A DNA stretch of 32,000 nt, from contig NC_006624.1 in NCBI RefSeq assembly GCF_000009965.1, forward strand, positions 1,740,001 through 1,772,000. Direction: 5' to 3'. Each line of letters opens with the position of its first letter. The first letter of the stretch is position 1. A program made the position numbers and the translations under genes. This document shows positions 8,026 to 16,858 of this stretch, piece by piece. Source of the DNA: Thermococcus kodakarensis KOD1. GTDB lineage: Archaea; Methanobacteriota_B; Thermococci; Thermococcales; Thermococcaceae. The notes below the pieces were generated by a model. That model saw only the letters and a list, made by a program, of their open reading frames with translations. It did no database searches and had not been told where the DNA came from.

Positions 8026-8690
8026 ATACCGAGCCTCTGAAGGAACTCTATCCCTTCATCCCTTTCCCCTGCAAAGGCCACTTCCCCGCCAACGAGCACC
8101 ACGGTCCTGTCAATGATGTTATAGATCGGCCTCCACAGATGGGAAAGTATTATCATGTTCGTGTCATTCGCGGCTCTCTGTTTGATGATCCTTGCAACCT
8201 CGGATATTCCACTAACGTCAAGGCCCGAAAATGGCTCGTCAAGGATTAGAAGCTCGTTCTCCCCCAATAAAGCTAAAAGAATGCTCAGGCGTTTTTTCAT
8301 TCCGCTGGAGTATTCTGCAACGGGTCTGTTTAGGGCCGCTGTATAGGGGAACAGTCTTTGGATAAGATTTCTGTCTGCTTTAATCCCTTTTAATTCCTCA
8401 AGAAACTTGATCAAATCCTTTCCTTTCCGGTATTTTGGAAGAGAGGGAGGGTCTATGCTGATTCCAACTATCCGCTTAATTTCTGGGTTGTTCCAGGGAT
8501 TCCTTCCAAGCAGGGTCACCCTCCCACTGCTCGGCCTCCAAAAGCCTACCAGCAGTTTTATGAGGCTCGACTTTCCGCTTCCGTTTGGGCCAGCTATGAG
8601 GGTTACCCCACTGTCTATCTCCAGATTTATGTTCTTCAGAATTTCGACGTTTCCAATTCTCTTGGAAACATCCTCAAAGCGCCCAATCAT
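8022..8690 (-). CDS. ABC transporter ATP-binding protein (ABC-2 exporter type)
   Basis: It has Walker A GPNGSGKSS, a signature-like SSGMKKRLS, Walker B LLILDEPFSGLD and an H-loop ILSH. The start overlaps the upstream gene by 17 nt. Confidence 0.9.
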   Translation of the reverse strand: MIGRFEDVSKRIGNVEILKNINLEIDSGVTLIAGPNGSGKSSLIKLLVGFWRPSSGRVTLLGRNPWNNPEIKRIVGISIDPPSLPKYRKGKDLIKFLEELKGIKADRNLIQRLFPYTAALNRPVAEYSSGMKKRLSILLALLGENELLILDEPFSGLDVSGISEVARIIKQRAANDTNMIILSHLWRPIYNIIDRTVVLVGGEVAFAGERDEGIEFLQRLGI

Positions 8691-9123
8691 CCTTCTCCCT
8701 CCAGAAGCCGAGCGACATTAGAATTACTGCTAGAGAGAGCGTCAGGAAGTGCGCCCGCCAGTTCTGGGTGGGGAAGCCTACGTCGACGGCCCGTATTGTT
8801 GCGCTGCCTGAATACGACCCGTTAATGACCACACCATAATAACCTGGGTGAGGCAGGACAACCCTGATAATCTCCCCTGTAATTTTGCCCTCCTTTGGGG
8901 TTTTATTCTCATCAAGGTCGATTATTGTGTAGCTCCCATCACCCTGGCCCATAAAGGACATCTCAACTAACGCAGAAGTGGGGGAGTAGAAACATGATAC
9001 TTCAGTTGCCCCGAGGGGTAGAACAGGGTACCGGACATCATCGGTATCAGTTGTAAGTTGGAACGCTATGGACACTGCGGTGACCAGAAAAATTACCGCT
9101 GGGACGAGTTTCCAGGCGTTCAT
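8674..9123 (-). CDS. Small membrane protein with N- and C-terminal TM helices flanking an ~100-aa ectodomain, unknown family
   Basis: There is an N-terminal hydrophobic helix (LVPAVIFLVTAVSIAF) and a C-terminal one (FLTLSLAVILMSLGF). An ATGA overlap joins it to the permease gene at 9120-9123. Confidence 0.6.
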   Translation of the reverse strand: MNAWKLVPAVIFLVTAVSIAFQLTTDTDDVRYPVLPLGATEVSCFYSPTSALVEMSFMGQGDGSYTIIDLDENKTPKEGKITGEIIRVVLPHPGYYGVVINGSYSGSATIRAVDVGFPTQNWRAHFLTLSLAVILMSLGFWREKDDWAL

Positions 9124-9818
9124 CTCACGTCCCTCCTAGCGGAAATTTCTATTGCTGCAGGGATGAGAGCTGCTGAAACGACTAGGTATGGCAAGAGCGT
9201 TTTCAGCTCGTTTTCTATTGCAATATTTTGGAGTGTCAAAACTGGGTTGAAAATTTTCACGTATGTGAGGACAAAGACAGTGAAAAACGATAACATGCTT
9301 GCGATTGGGGCATTTGGAACCAGCACCGAGAAGAGTGCGGACAGACTTACTATATAGAGGAGAACCGAAGCGTAAAAGGCGAGTAAAACGTGAAAATGTG
9401 CTGCGACAACCTTGAGGCTATTGGTGGATGAGAAATGGAGTGAAAAGAGCAAGATGTGTGTGGTCAATATGAGTGCGAGGAAATGCACGTAGACCCCTAC
9501 GATTTTGGAGAGGATTATTGTCCGGATTGACACGGGGAGTGAGTACAGAAAGTAGGAACTGCCGTCGTCCCGTTCTCCCCTTATTGTCAGGGCCGTCAAA
9601 AGTGAGACACCAAGGCTCACCGGGACGTACGTGCTCACTGAGAACATAATGAAAAGAGAATTATGAAGCCACGACTGTGGAGTGTTTGATAAAATGAGTG
9701 GCACGGCTTTTATTAGGTTCATCTTCATGAAAAAGGCCGAGATTCCAGCGAGGATTACGAGAATGTAACCCTTTATTGGGTCATTGCTTTCCCATACGAC
9801 GAGTTTTAGCCCTTTCAT
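9120..9818 (-). CDS. ABC-2 family permease-like polytopic membrane protein
   Basis: There are about 6 hydrophobic segments. The conserved ABC-2-type loop is RGERDDGSSYFLYSLPVSIRTIILSKIVG. Track start 9824 is a TTG, and ATG 9818 lies 7 nt after GGTGA. Confidence 0.72.
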   Translation of the reverse strand: MKGLKLVVWESNDPIKGYILVILAGISAFFMKMNLIKAVPLILSNTPQSWLHNSLFIMFSVSTYVPVSLGVSLLTALTIRGERDDGSSYFLYSLPVSIRTIILSKIVGVYVHFLALILTTHILLFSLHFSSTNSLKVVAAHFHVLLAFYASVLLYIVSLSALFSVLVPNAPIASMLSFFTVFVLTYVKIFNPVLTLQNIAIENELKTLLPYLVVSAALIPAAIEISARRDVR

Positions 9819-10908
9819 AACCAATCACCAAGAAAACTGTTATGGCCAGCACAAACACGGCAATGGCATCGAGGGGTATTTGGACGTTTTCAAGCATTCC
9901 AGTTTCAGAATAAAAGGCGTTAGTATCTTCGAGAACCATTCCGAACCCGTATATATCCTTGCTTTTGATTATGGGGTCGTCTGTCCTGTTGAAGTGCTCC
10001 CTATCCGAGAAAAGGACTCTCTTGAAACCGAACAGTTCCCAGATCGGTGATACCGGGGTGTATCCCTCAATTAAGACTCCCGAGCCAGGATCGTAGAGCG
10101 CGAAGTTGGATGAATTCCCGTAAAAGTTCGTAGTTACCAAGACAATCGGGGGTTTGAAGGCTCCAAATCTCGTGTGGACTGTCGCATTCAGTTCCCTGAC
10201 TTCGTTTATGAACCACCCGTTCATAATGGTTCTTCCTGCTACATCCAAATCTGTCAGAAACAGCGTGTTCATTCCGAGCCTTTTGCCGTTGTGTAAAACA
10301 GAATTGTCCGTAAGGGACACGTTGAAAGTTATAGACCTCGACAAATTTGGGATCGTCGCATTTGAGAACAGGCCCTCAGTGGCTCCGTTATCCCCTGCGT
10401 ATAGCCAGTAAGTTTGGTTTGTCTCTTCAATTGCTATGAGAACACCATCGGCCCTTTCACATACCTTGACTCTCCCAGCCTGAACCTCTGCAACTCTGCA
10501 GGGACCACTTTGCGTGAAGTTCAGACTCGAGTACATCTCGATTAATTCCCTGGCCTTTATGAGGCCCTCCTCAGCATTTAGTGCTCTCTGATAATGCATC
10601 GTGAGGTTGTAAACCCTGAGCTGGGCCTTTAGCTCGATTTGGTCTCTGGCAACATCCAGTATCTCCCACCTGAGCACACCATAGGTTCCAAAATAGAGGG
10701 TTCCGTTGTGACATTCGATAATTACCGCACGATCTCCCCTGGCTGTGTACTCAAAATAAGTCCCCGGAGTCGCCCAGTATGGTCTTGAGGACACCACTAT
10801 ACTCAGAGTTGAGATGGCGAGGAAAACCACGAAAAGAGATAAAACCCTTCTCCTGATATGTAATCCTGCGTGTTTTCGCATATTGCCCACCGCATGCTGT
10901 TTCTGCAT
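9781..10908 (-). CDS. Membrane-anchored extracellular protein (N- and C-terminal TM helices, 10 N-X-S/T sequons), unknown family
   Basis: The N-terminal anchor is VLSLFVVFLAISTLSIVV and the C-terminal anchor is AIAVFVLAITVFLVIGY, followed by a basic tail. The sequons are NGT, NLT, NFT, NQT, NAT, NLS, NVS, NAT, NSS and NRT. A TATA-like AAAATTTTATATGG lies about 30 nt upstream of ATG 10908. ATG 10881 is an alternative start. Confidence 0.65.
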   Translation of the reverse strand: MQKQHAVGNMRKHAGLHIRRRVLSLFVVFLAISTLSIVVSSRPYWATPGTYFEYTARGDRAVIIECHNGTLYFGTYGVLRWEILDVARDQIELKAQLRVYNLTMHYQRALNAEEGLIKARELIEMYSSLNFTQSGPCRVAEVQAGRVKVCERADGVLIAIEETNQTYWLYAGDNGATEGLFSNATIPNLSRSITFNVSLTDNSVLHNGKRLGMNTLFLTDLDVAGRTIMNGWFINEVRELNATVHTRFGAFKPPIVLVTTNFYGNSSNFALYDPGSGVLIEGYTPVSPIWELFGFKRVLFSDREHFNRTDDPIIKSKDIYGFGMVLEDTNAFYSETGMLENVQIPLDAIAVFVLAITVFLVIGYERAKTRRMGKQ

Positions 10909-11081
10909 GCTTACACTAAATTTAATTTAGCCCATATAAAATTTTTTGATATTGGTGTTGATACTGCTGGGTTCAAGAATGGTAATAATAAGTTATTCAT
11001 GTCATCCAACCTGCCCAACGTTTGGCTTTAAAGGGCAAGAGATCTCAGGACTATTGAGTATAGAAAAATGGGGGAGTTGGG

Positions 11082-12158
11082 TCAGTCCTTCTCCACCTTC
11101 ACCCTCAGCTCCTCCGCGAACCAGTTGACCCTCTGCGGGAAGGGTATCTCGATGCCTTCTCTATCCAGAGCCTCTTTTATTTTCTGAACTATCTGCCACC
11201 TCACGTCGAACCACTTCTCGCTCGGTGCCCATGCCTTTACGGCTATGTTGACGCTGCTGTCCCCGAGGTTATCAACGAAGACCATCGGCTCCGGCTCCGC
11301 CAGAACATAGGGCATCTCATCGAGGGTCTTCTTTATCACCTCTATCGCCCTCCCCGCATCTTCCTTGTAAGCTATGCCGACGGTTATGTCCACTCGCCTC
11401 GCTGGATATTTCTGGAGGTTCTTTATGTCGCTGTTGAAGAGCTTCTCGTTTGGAATCCTGACGAGGAGACCGTCCCATGTCCTTATCCTCGTTGAGAGAA
11501 TCCTTATGTCGTGGACAACGCCCGAATAACCGGCAACTTCAACGGGGTCGCCTATCTTAAGCGGCTTGTCGAAGTACATGAATATGCCCGAGATGAAGTT
11601 GGCAACTACCGTCTGGGATGCAAAACCGAGGACGATACCCGTTATCCCCGCCGCCGCCACTATCGTCGAGAGCCTCCCGCTCAGCCCGGCTATGTTAAGG
11701 GCTATGAAGAACGCCAGCGTGACGAAGGTATAGTAGTAGAGCTTCGCCTTGAGCTGAACTTCCGGAAGTTTCTGCTTTGAAGAACGCATTATGATGTAGT
11801 CTTTTGACTTTTTGGCAAGGACGTAGGAGAAGTAGAACACAAGGAAGGCAGCGAGGATATTGCTCAGGCTGGTGCCAGCCACGGTAATTGAGAGGACCCC
11901 AAGAGCGTCGAGAGAGTAAACAAGAGCAACGACCACCACCATGTTGTGAAGCGTTGATGCAGTATCCTCGTTGATTATCCAGACGTATTTTGTGGTTCTG
12001 GCAAGACTGAGCAAATACTTCCTGAGAACTTTCGCTATTACAAGGCCCACCACGAGGATTAAAACCGCCTTTACAACGGCGCCTGTGGTTAAGGTGAAGA
12101 GAAGCTTTTTCCCCAGAACGCCCTGATTCCAGAGGGAGGTAGTGTTCGCAGCCCCCAT
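11082..12158 (-). CDS. mscS: Small-conductance mechanosensitive channel (MscS family)
   Basis: There are N-terminal TM helices followed by the MscS beta-domain signature PLKIGDPVEVAGYSGVVHDIRILSTRIRTWDGLLVRIPNEKLFN. Confidence 0.9.
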   Translation of the reverse strand: MGAANTTSLWNQGVLGKKLLFTLTTGAVVKAVLILVVGLVIAKVLRKYLLSLARTTKYVWIINEDTASTLHNMVVVVALVYSLDALGVLSITVAGTSLSNILAAFLVFYFSYVLAKKSKDYIIMRSSKQKLPEVQLKAKLYYYTFVTLAFFIALNIAGLSGRLSTIVAAAGITGIVLGFASQTVVANFISGIFMYFDKPLKIGDPVEVAGYSGVVHDIRILSTRIRTWDGLLVRIPNEKLFNSDIKNLQKYPARRVDITVGIAYKEDAGRAIEVIKKTLDEMPYVLAEPEPMVFVDNLGDSSVNIAVKAWAPSEKWFDVRWQIVQKIKEALDREGIEIPFPQRVNWFAEELRVKVEKD

Positions 12159-12159
12159 G

Positions 12160-12801
12160 CTACCACCTCATCAGGAAGTTAGGTAGCGAAAGGCCTTTTC
12201 CAACTGCGTTCAGGCCCTCTTTTGGCGGCCTTCCCGTGTTGTTTACCTCCGGGCTGTGGTTCTTGAGCGTGACAAGAAGTAAGGGATAGTAGGCTTTTGT
12301 GTTCTCGTAGTACATTGAAGTCCCCTTTATTGGGACGACAACCCTCTCAAGTGGCTTCCACTCGGAAGAGGGGTTGGAGACTATGAGCTTCGCCACCCCT
12401 ATGGATTCTGGTTCCTCGGTGTAGAAGGGACTAACCTGATAGCGGCAGATTACACCGGCCTCTATGGCACCGTAGAGGGCGTACTTCTCCTTCCCGAGAA
12501 TGAAGTGATCGATTGTTAGATCGCCGATTTTAACGTCAACCTCTATGGGAGCCTCAACGAACCCAGCTACAGCGTCTTTTGGGGGTATTACAAGGGGGTC
12601 CCTGAACTTTATCATGAGAAGCTTTACCCCGTAGCCCAAGGCCGGGGCAGGGAGAACTTTCAGTTTTTCTCCGTTGTTCTTTATAATGACCTCAAAATCG
12701 TCACGCCTATATCTGACTATCCCCCCCTTATCCTCGAGAAGGTGGATTTTTTTATCGGCTATTTTGATGAACTGAGTCCTGAGTTCGTGCTCTCCAAACA
12801 T
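12160..12801 (-). CDS. Conserved archaeal protein of unknown function (DUF432-like by recollection)
   Basis: The ORF stops 1 nt before the MscS start. I prefer ATG 12801 (MFGEHEL...) because the minus-strand sequence AAAGCTTATATCC at 12822-12834 is TATA-like and lies about 26 nt upstream, which would give a leaderless mRNA. Track start 12858 would overlap the lipoprotein gene. The family name is from memory and unverified. Confidence 0.55.
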   Translation of the reverse strand: MFGEHELRTQFIKIADKKIHLLEDKGGIVRYRRDDFEVIIKNNGEKLKVLPAPALGYGVKLLMIKFRDPLVIPPKDAVAGFVEAPIEVDVKIGDLTIDHFILGKEKYALYGAIEAGVICRYQVSPFYTEEPESIGVAKLIVSNPSSEWKPLERVVVPIKGTSMYYENTKAYYPLLLVTLKNHSPEVNNTGRPPKEGLNAVGKGLSLPNFLMRW

Positions 12802-12832
12802 GGAAGAAAATGGGAAGGAAAGGATATAAGCT

Positions 12833-14656
12833 TTAGCTCGCCGGGGCGAGCTCCACATCCTTCACTGTGATGTGGAAGTACATTGCCCCCTCTGGCATCG
12901 CCAATGAAGCTTCGATCTCCACAGGAATTGGAAGCTCTGGAACAACCGCGGTCTTTCCGTTGGCGGTTACATAACCCTGCATGAGGCCGCTCCACTGAAT
13001 TACATACTCGTCGAATGTCATCCCAGCAAAACTCACGCTCCCGTCTTTCTGGACTGTGTAGCCTTCCCCGTTCGAGGAGAGGTCTGCAACGTATACGACA
13101 TCGCCGTAGATTCCGCCCGCGAAGCCGTTGTAAACGTCCCATATCTGGTCAAAGAGGCTGTTAGTTATCTCCATACCGCAGTTCATGTCCCCTGATATCC
13201 CGCTCTCACCGTAGGTGTAGCCGCAGTTTGGCCCCTGTACGGTGTATTTTTCAAAGCTGGATCCACTCTCAATCAGCTCGAAGACGGAGGGAATCCAGAG
13301 AACCCAGCCCGTGTACTCATCTATGTTTGAGGTATAGACCTCGAAGCGGTATGTTGAGCCGTCGTCCATATGGACTATAGCGTAGGCAACGTAGCCATCA
13401 TCGGTCTCGTTGTAGCCGCGCTCCATCGTGTAGTGCACTTCCCAGTTCTGTGTCTTGTAGGTGATGTCGTAGGCCACACTTTTCAGTAGGTACTGGTTGC
13501 CATGGATTTCTATTGGTTCCGAGGCGTCCCAGGCTCTCTGCCAGTTTTGAGAACTTTCTGAGGGAGCTGAAGTTTCCGTCTGGGTCTCACTAGCTGTTTC
13601 AGTACTCGTGCCTTCCGAGGTGGGCTTCTCGATGCTCACGCTTATTCCACCGAACTCCTTTGAGAGCTTCAGACCTTCAATTTTTATCTTTGAGTATGCC
13701 TTTGCCCCCGAGCTCAGGTCAACGAACGTCCCCTCGGTCTCAACGGGGATTGGAAGAGCGGGCGATATCTCTGCCCTTCCTTGGAGAGTAACCCCTCCGA
13801 AAGAGTAGCTCCATTCAACGTTGCTGACCCCGAAGTCATTACCATCAAAGGTAACCGTCCCGTCCGGGTCTATCCTGTAATGGTACGCAAAGGGTGGGAA
13901 GCTGTAATCGTACTCCTCTGCCTTCATCAGGTCGCGATCCTCCAGACCGCTCCAGACCCCTGAGCTTAACATCGAAAGCCAGAAGGTGTAGAGGTAGCTC
14001 CCCATGTCCCCAAGGACTTCGTTCAGGTCACCTTCGGTGTATGGAAGTTCGCTATACTGTCCTATAGCTCCTGGGTTGCTCCAGTAGAAGTAAGAATTTC
14101 CGGATTTTGCCTCAGCCACAACGGCGCTTCCCGTTGTGAGGACTCCGAAGTTTGGTACTGGCTCCAAGAAGTATTTGTCGCTGTCCTCGCTTCTCTCCCT
14201 GACCATTACTATGTACTCAAAGGGCGTTCCGTTTCCAGTTACGGGGATTATCTTCCCGTAGTAGGCGAACAGGTTAAACTCACCCAGGTCTTTCTTTTCG
14301 CCGTTCTCCTCGGCGTAAACGTGGGCCTTCACGTAGCCACGCTTTTTGATAATGTTGAATGTCTTTTCGCCGTCAGAAGTCTTGAGAGTGAAGGTGTACT
14401 CAACTTCTGTAATATAGTACGAGCCCCCATTCAGGCTAATGGGGTGGTAGGCGTCCCACGGGGTCTGCCAGGTTGCCGAGTAGGACTCGGAAGTACCCGT
14501 AGTTTCTTCCGAGGTTGATCCGGAAGAACCCCCGGAGATTTCTTCGTGCGAGGTGTAGGAAGGGCCTCCCTCATTATTTCCTCCACCAGTGCAGCCGCTC
14601 GCCAACACTAAACCAACCAGCAATAAAACAACCAGCGTAGTTGTCAGGGTTTTCAT
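12833..14656 (-). CDS. Secreted lipoprotein with an internal two-domain tandem duplication and S/T/E-rich linkers, unknown function
   Basis: ATG 14656 lies 8 nt after GGAGGG, and track start 14671 is a TTG. It has a signal peptide plus lipobox (MKTLTTTLVVLLLVGLVLASGC). Two homologous modules each follow a T/S/E-rich linker. Confidence 0.8.
   Translation of the reverse strand: MKTLTTTLVVLLLVGLVLASGCTGGGNNEGGPSYTSHEEISGGSSGSTSEETTGTSESYSATWQTPWDAYHPISLNGGSYYITEVEYTFTLKTSDGEKTFNIIKKRGYVKAHVYAEENGEKKDLGEFNLFAYYGKIIPVTGNGTPFEYIVMVRERSEDSDKYFLEPVPNFGVLTTGSAVVAEAKSGNSYFYWSNPGAIGQYSELPYTEGDLNEVLGDMGSYLYTFWLSMLSSGVWSGLEDRDLMKAEEYDYSFPPFAYHYRIDPDGTVTFDGNDFGVSNVEWSYSFGGVTLQGRAEISPALPIPVETEGTFVDLSSGAKAYSKIKIEGLKLSKEFGGISVSIEKPTSEGTSTETASETQTETSAPSESSQNWQRAWDASEPIEIHGNQYLLKSVAYDITYKTQNWEVHYTMERGYNETDDGYVAYAIVHMDDGSTYRFEVYTSNIDEYTGWVLWIPSVFELIESGSSFEKYTVQGPNCGYTYGESGISGDMNCGMEITNSLFDQIWDVYNGFAGGIYGDVVYVADLSSNGEGYTVQKDGSVSFAGMTFDEYVIQWSGLMQGYVTANGKTAVVPELPIPVEIEASLAMPEGAMYFHITVKDVELAPAS
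12836..13552 (-). repeat. Lipoprotein internal repeat, module 2
   Basis: It starts SQNWQRAWDASEPIEIHGNQYLLKSVAYDITYKT and ends DGSVSFAGMTFDEYVIQWS...ELPIPVEIEA. Confidence 0.6.
13631..14479 (-). repeat. Lipoprotein internal repeat, module 1 (approximate bounds)
   Basis: It starts SATWQTPWDAYHPISLNGGSYYITEVEYTFTLKT and ends DGTVTFDGNDFGVSNVEWS...ALPIPVETEG. It is collinear with module 2. Confidence 0.6.
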
Positions 14657-14808
14657 ATATTTTCCCTCCAAGACCCGCAGAAAAGGAAAGCGGGCAATAC
14701 ATCATGATGCCTTGAGGTAATTTTGTCCCTCATTCTATTTAAGGGTTTTTCAAAACTCCAAATCTAGTTTGTAGTTATTCCGGGTATACTCCGAGAATAT
14801 TATTTAAT

Positions 14809-15465
14809 TTAGCGCTTTTCGACTTGAAATATATCAAAAATATTCCTGATCTCTACTCCAAGTCTCCCTGATACGTGGAGGGGGACGTCAAAAACGTGCT
14901 CCACCCTGGAGATTATCCCCACGTCGGCCGTTGCAACTATGCTAAAGGCCTTGAGCTCGAAGTCCGGGCTTTTTACGAGCCTCACGTCCCCACTCAGGCC
15001 GTATTTTTCTATGGCTTCCTCGGTAATTTTCCTGACGATTCCGCTCTTTGGGACGTTCTTGCCGTAGAAGAAGATCGCTTTGGAAACTTTCAGCCTGGAA
15101 AGTGATTCAACGACAATTTCAACCACTTCCCGCGTTCTTTCGTTCAGTCTGTACTTCCCCTGGTACTTCAAATCCCTCACCAGGCCGTCCTCGCAGAGTA
15201 TCGCCTCGCCGTCGAGGACGGATTCGAGGGTTATGAGGACGTTGAAGCCGTCAACGGCTAAAACCTTTCCCTCAAGCTCTCCGGGCTTTAGAAGTTTCCT
15301 TCTTACCTCGGCGATCCATGCATCAGAAAAGACGCACCTCGCCAGAAGGTATCTATCTCTCAGTGAAAGCCTGTAGTGGTCTGCCACGAACTTCAGGGCG
15401 CTCTTCTTCGGATAGCCCCTGTTTAGGAGGTACCTGAGGTCCCGATAAGCGTCGGTGAGGGACAT
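14809..15465 (-). CDS. Conserved archaeal protein (DUF434-like N-terminus by recollection) with a possible NYN/PIN-like C-terminal domain
   Basis: The N-terminus is YRDLRYLLNRGYPKKSALKFVADHYRL. The C-terminal part has LAVDGFNVLITLES and VATADVGII, which resemble the (L)VDGYN...T(S/A)D pattern of YacP/Rae1-type NYN nucleases. Both assignments are unverified. Confidence 0.5.
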   Translation of the reverse strand: MSLTDAYRDLRYLLNRGYPKKSALKFVADHYRLSLRDRYLLARCVFSDAWIAEVRRKLLKPGELEGKVLAVDGFNVLITLESVLDGEAILCEDGLVRDLKYQGKYRLNERTREVVEIVVESLSRLKVSKAIFFYGKNVPKSGIVRKITEEAIEKYGLSGDVRLVKSPDFELKAFSIVATADVGIISRVEHVFDVPLHVSGRLGVEIRNIFDIFQVEKR

Positions 15466-15497
15466 GGAGGAGAATAGGGCAGGGAGATTAAAAGCCT

Positions 15498-16274
15498 TTA
15501 GACGACTTTCTCGAATATCTCCCCGTCTGCCCCAGTGTGTATCCTGAGCCTGACCTTTCCGCTGAGGAGCGAGCTCTTGACTTTTTTGGTCAGTATCTCG
15601 TCCACCTGGAAGATTCCCGCAGGGTGCTTCATCCAGATCTCGATTAGTATTGGCTCTTCCTCATTTCCTTCCTTGATCTCAACCCTCTTGATGGCGAGAG
15701 CCGAAACGGCGTGGATGTCCACCTTGTCCTTCTTGTGGACGAGCCTGCTCCTGCCCTCTTCCATATCACAGCCGTCGGCTATCGTTACCAGAGAACCTTC
15801 TATAGTGGTGCACGGCACGTGCTCGTCGTGGGTATAGATGGCGTTGAGGGTTAAGGCCTTGAGGAGCAGAGGATCTCTCTCTTCAAACTCTCTTACGAGC
15901 TTATCTATTATCGGCTCCGCGAGGAAAACGCTGAACTGGTAGTGGGGCGTTCTGTGTATCATGTTGCCGATGTCGTGGAAAAGTGCGCCGAAGGCAACGA
16001 TGAACTTGCTCCAGCGGAAGGGCTTTCCAAGCTTTTCAGCCGTCGTCTGGATGCTGAACTTCCTGATTATCCTGAGGAGCTCGAGGGCCCTCCTCGTCGT
16101 CAGTAGGACGTGAATGGGCCCGTGGTCGTTGAAGTTGTAGACGTTGAGGACGATGTAGTTCGTCGTGTCGAAGTAGTAGTGGTACTCCCTGAAGGCTCTC
16201 TCATACATCTCAAAGAGTTCATCATCGTCCATAAGCTCGCGGATTTCATTCAGAAGTCCCTCTTCCGTGTACAT
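15498..16274 (-). CDS. HD-domain metal-dependent phosphohydrolase
   Basis: The sequence has HGPIHV ... FGALFHDIGN (an H...HD motif) ... THDEH. ATG 16274 lies 4 nt after GGGAGGTGA, so track start 16289 falls inside or upstream of the SD. Confidence 0.85.
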   Translation of the reverse strand: MYTEEGLLNEIRELMDDDELFEMYERAFREYHYYFDTTNYIVLNVYNFNDHGPIHVLLTTRRALELLRIIRKFSIQTTAEKLGKPFRWSKFIVAFGALFHDIGNMIHRTPHYQFSVFLAEPIIDKLVREFEERDPLLLKALTLNAIYTHDEHVPCTTIEGSLVTIADGCDMEEGRSRLVHKKDKVDIHAVSALAIKRVEIKEGNEEEPILIEIWMKHPAGIFQVDEILTKKVKSSLLSGKVRLRIHTGADGEIFEKVV

Positions 16275-16382
16275 TTTCTCACCTCCCATTCCCGAAACTG
16301 GAGAAAGTTTAGTTTTAAGGGTTTTGAACGGTGAAGTGGATAAAACGAGCTGTTAAGTGGGCCAGAATAGGCACTGGAATTC

Positions 16383-16387
16383 AAAAA
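16383..16387 (-). terminator. Oligo-T tract (T5 on the - strand) just after the PIN gene stop
   Basis: On the minus strand the sequence reads GAGTTTTTGAATT, 7 nt downstream of the stop at 16394. Archaeal RNAP terminates at oligo-T tracts. Confidence 0.4.
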
Positions 16388-16393
16388 CTCAGC

Positions 16394-16816
16394 TCATTCA
16401 AGCATCCCCTCAAGCTCCAGAATCTTCTTCGAGCGGAGGTAAACGACTGGAACGCCCTTCTCGCGGAGTCTCTTCTTAAGCCCCTTGTCGTTTGTGCAGA
16501 CGATTACGCGCTCGTTCCTCACCGCGAAGTCGAATATCTGGTCGTCTATAGGTCTCTCCCCAAAGCGGCCGATCTCAACAGTTTCAAACCTCTCCGCCAG
16601 CTTCTTCGCCATCCTGACGGCCATTAAGTCTCTCCCACGAGACTTCCTTTCTATGACGTTCAGCTCATCCAAGACGACGTTTGGAACCACTACCCTGAAC
16701 TTAACATCGAGAATCCTGTGGAGCTCGCTGATTATGTCCACACCAAACTGGCCGGGAACGAGGAGAAAGTTCGTGTCTGGAACGACCAGCCACTCCCGCC
16801 TTCGGCTTTCGCTCAT
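16394..16816 (-). CDS. PIN-domain protein, Fcf1/Utp24-like putative rRNA-processing endonuclease
   Basis: Motifs are VVPDTNFLL, VVPNVVLDELN and a C-terminal VIVCTNDKGLKKRLREKGVPVVYLR. ATG 16816 lies 6 nt after GGTGG, and track start 16825 is a GTG. The gene lies 42 nt downstream of aIF2-gamma. Confidence 0.8.
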   Translation of the reverse strand: MSESRRREWLVVPDTNFLLVPGQFGVDIISELHRILDVKFRVVVPNVVLDELNVIERKSRGRDLMAVRMAKKLAERFETVEIGRFGERPIDDQIFDFAVRNERVIVCTNDKGLKKRLREKGVPVVYLRSKKILELEGMLE

Positions 16817-16858
16817 AAGAACCACCAGGACTTCAAAATTGAAATTGGGAAAGAAAAG

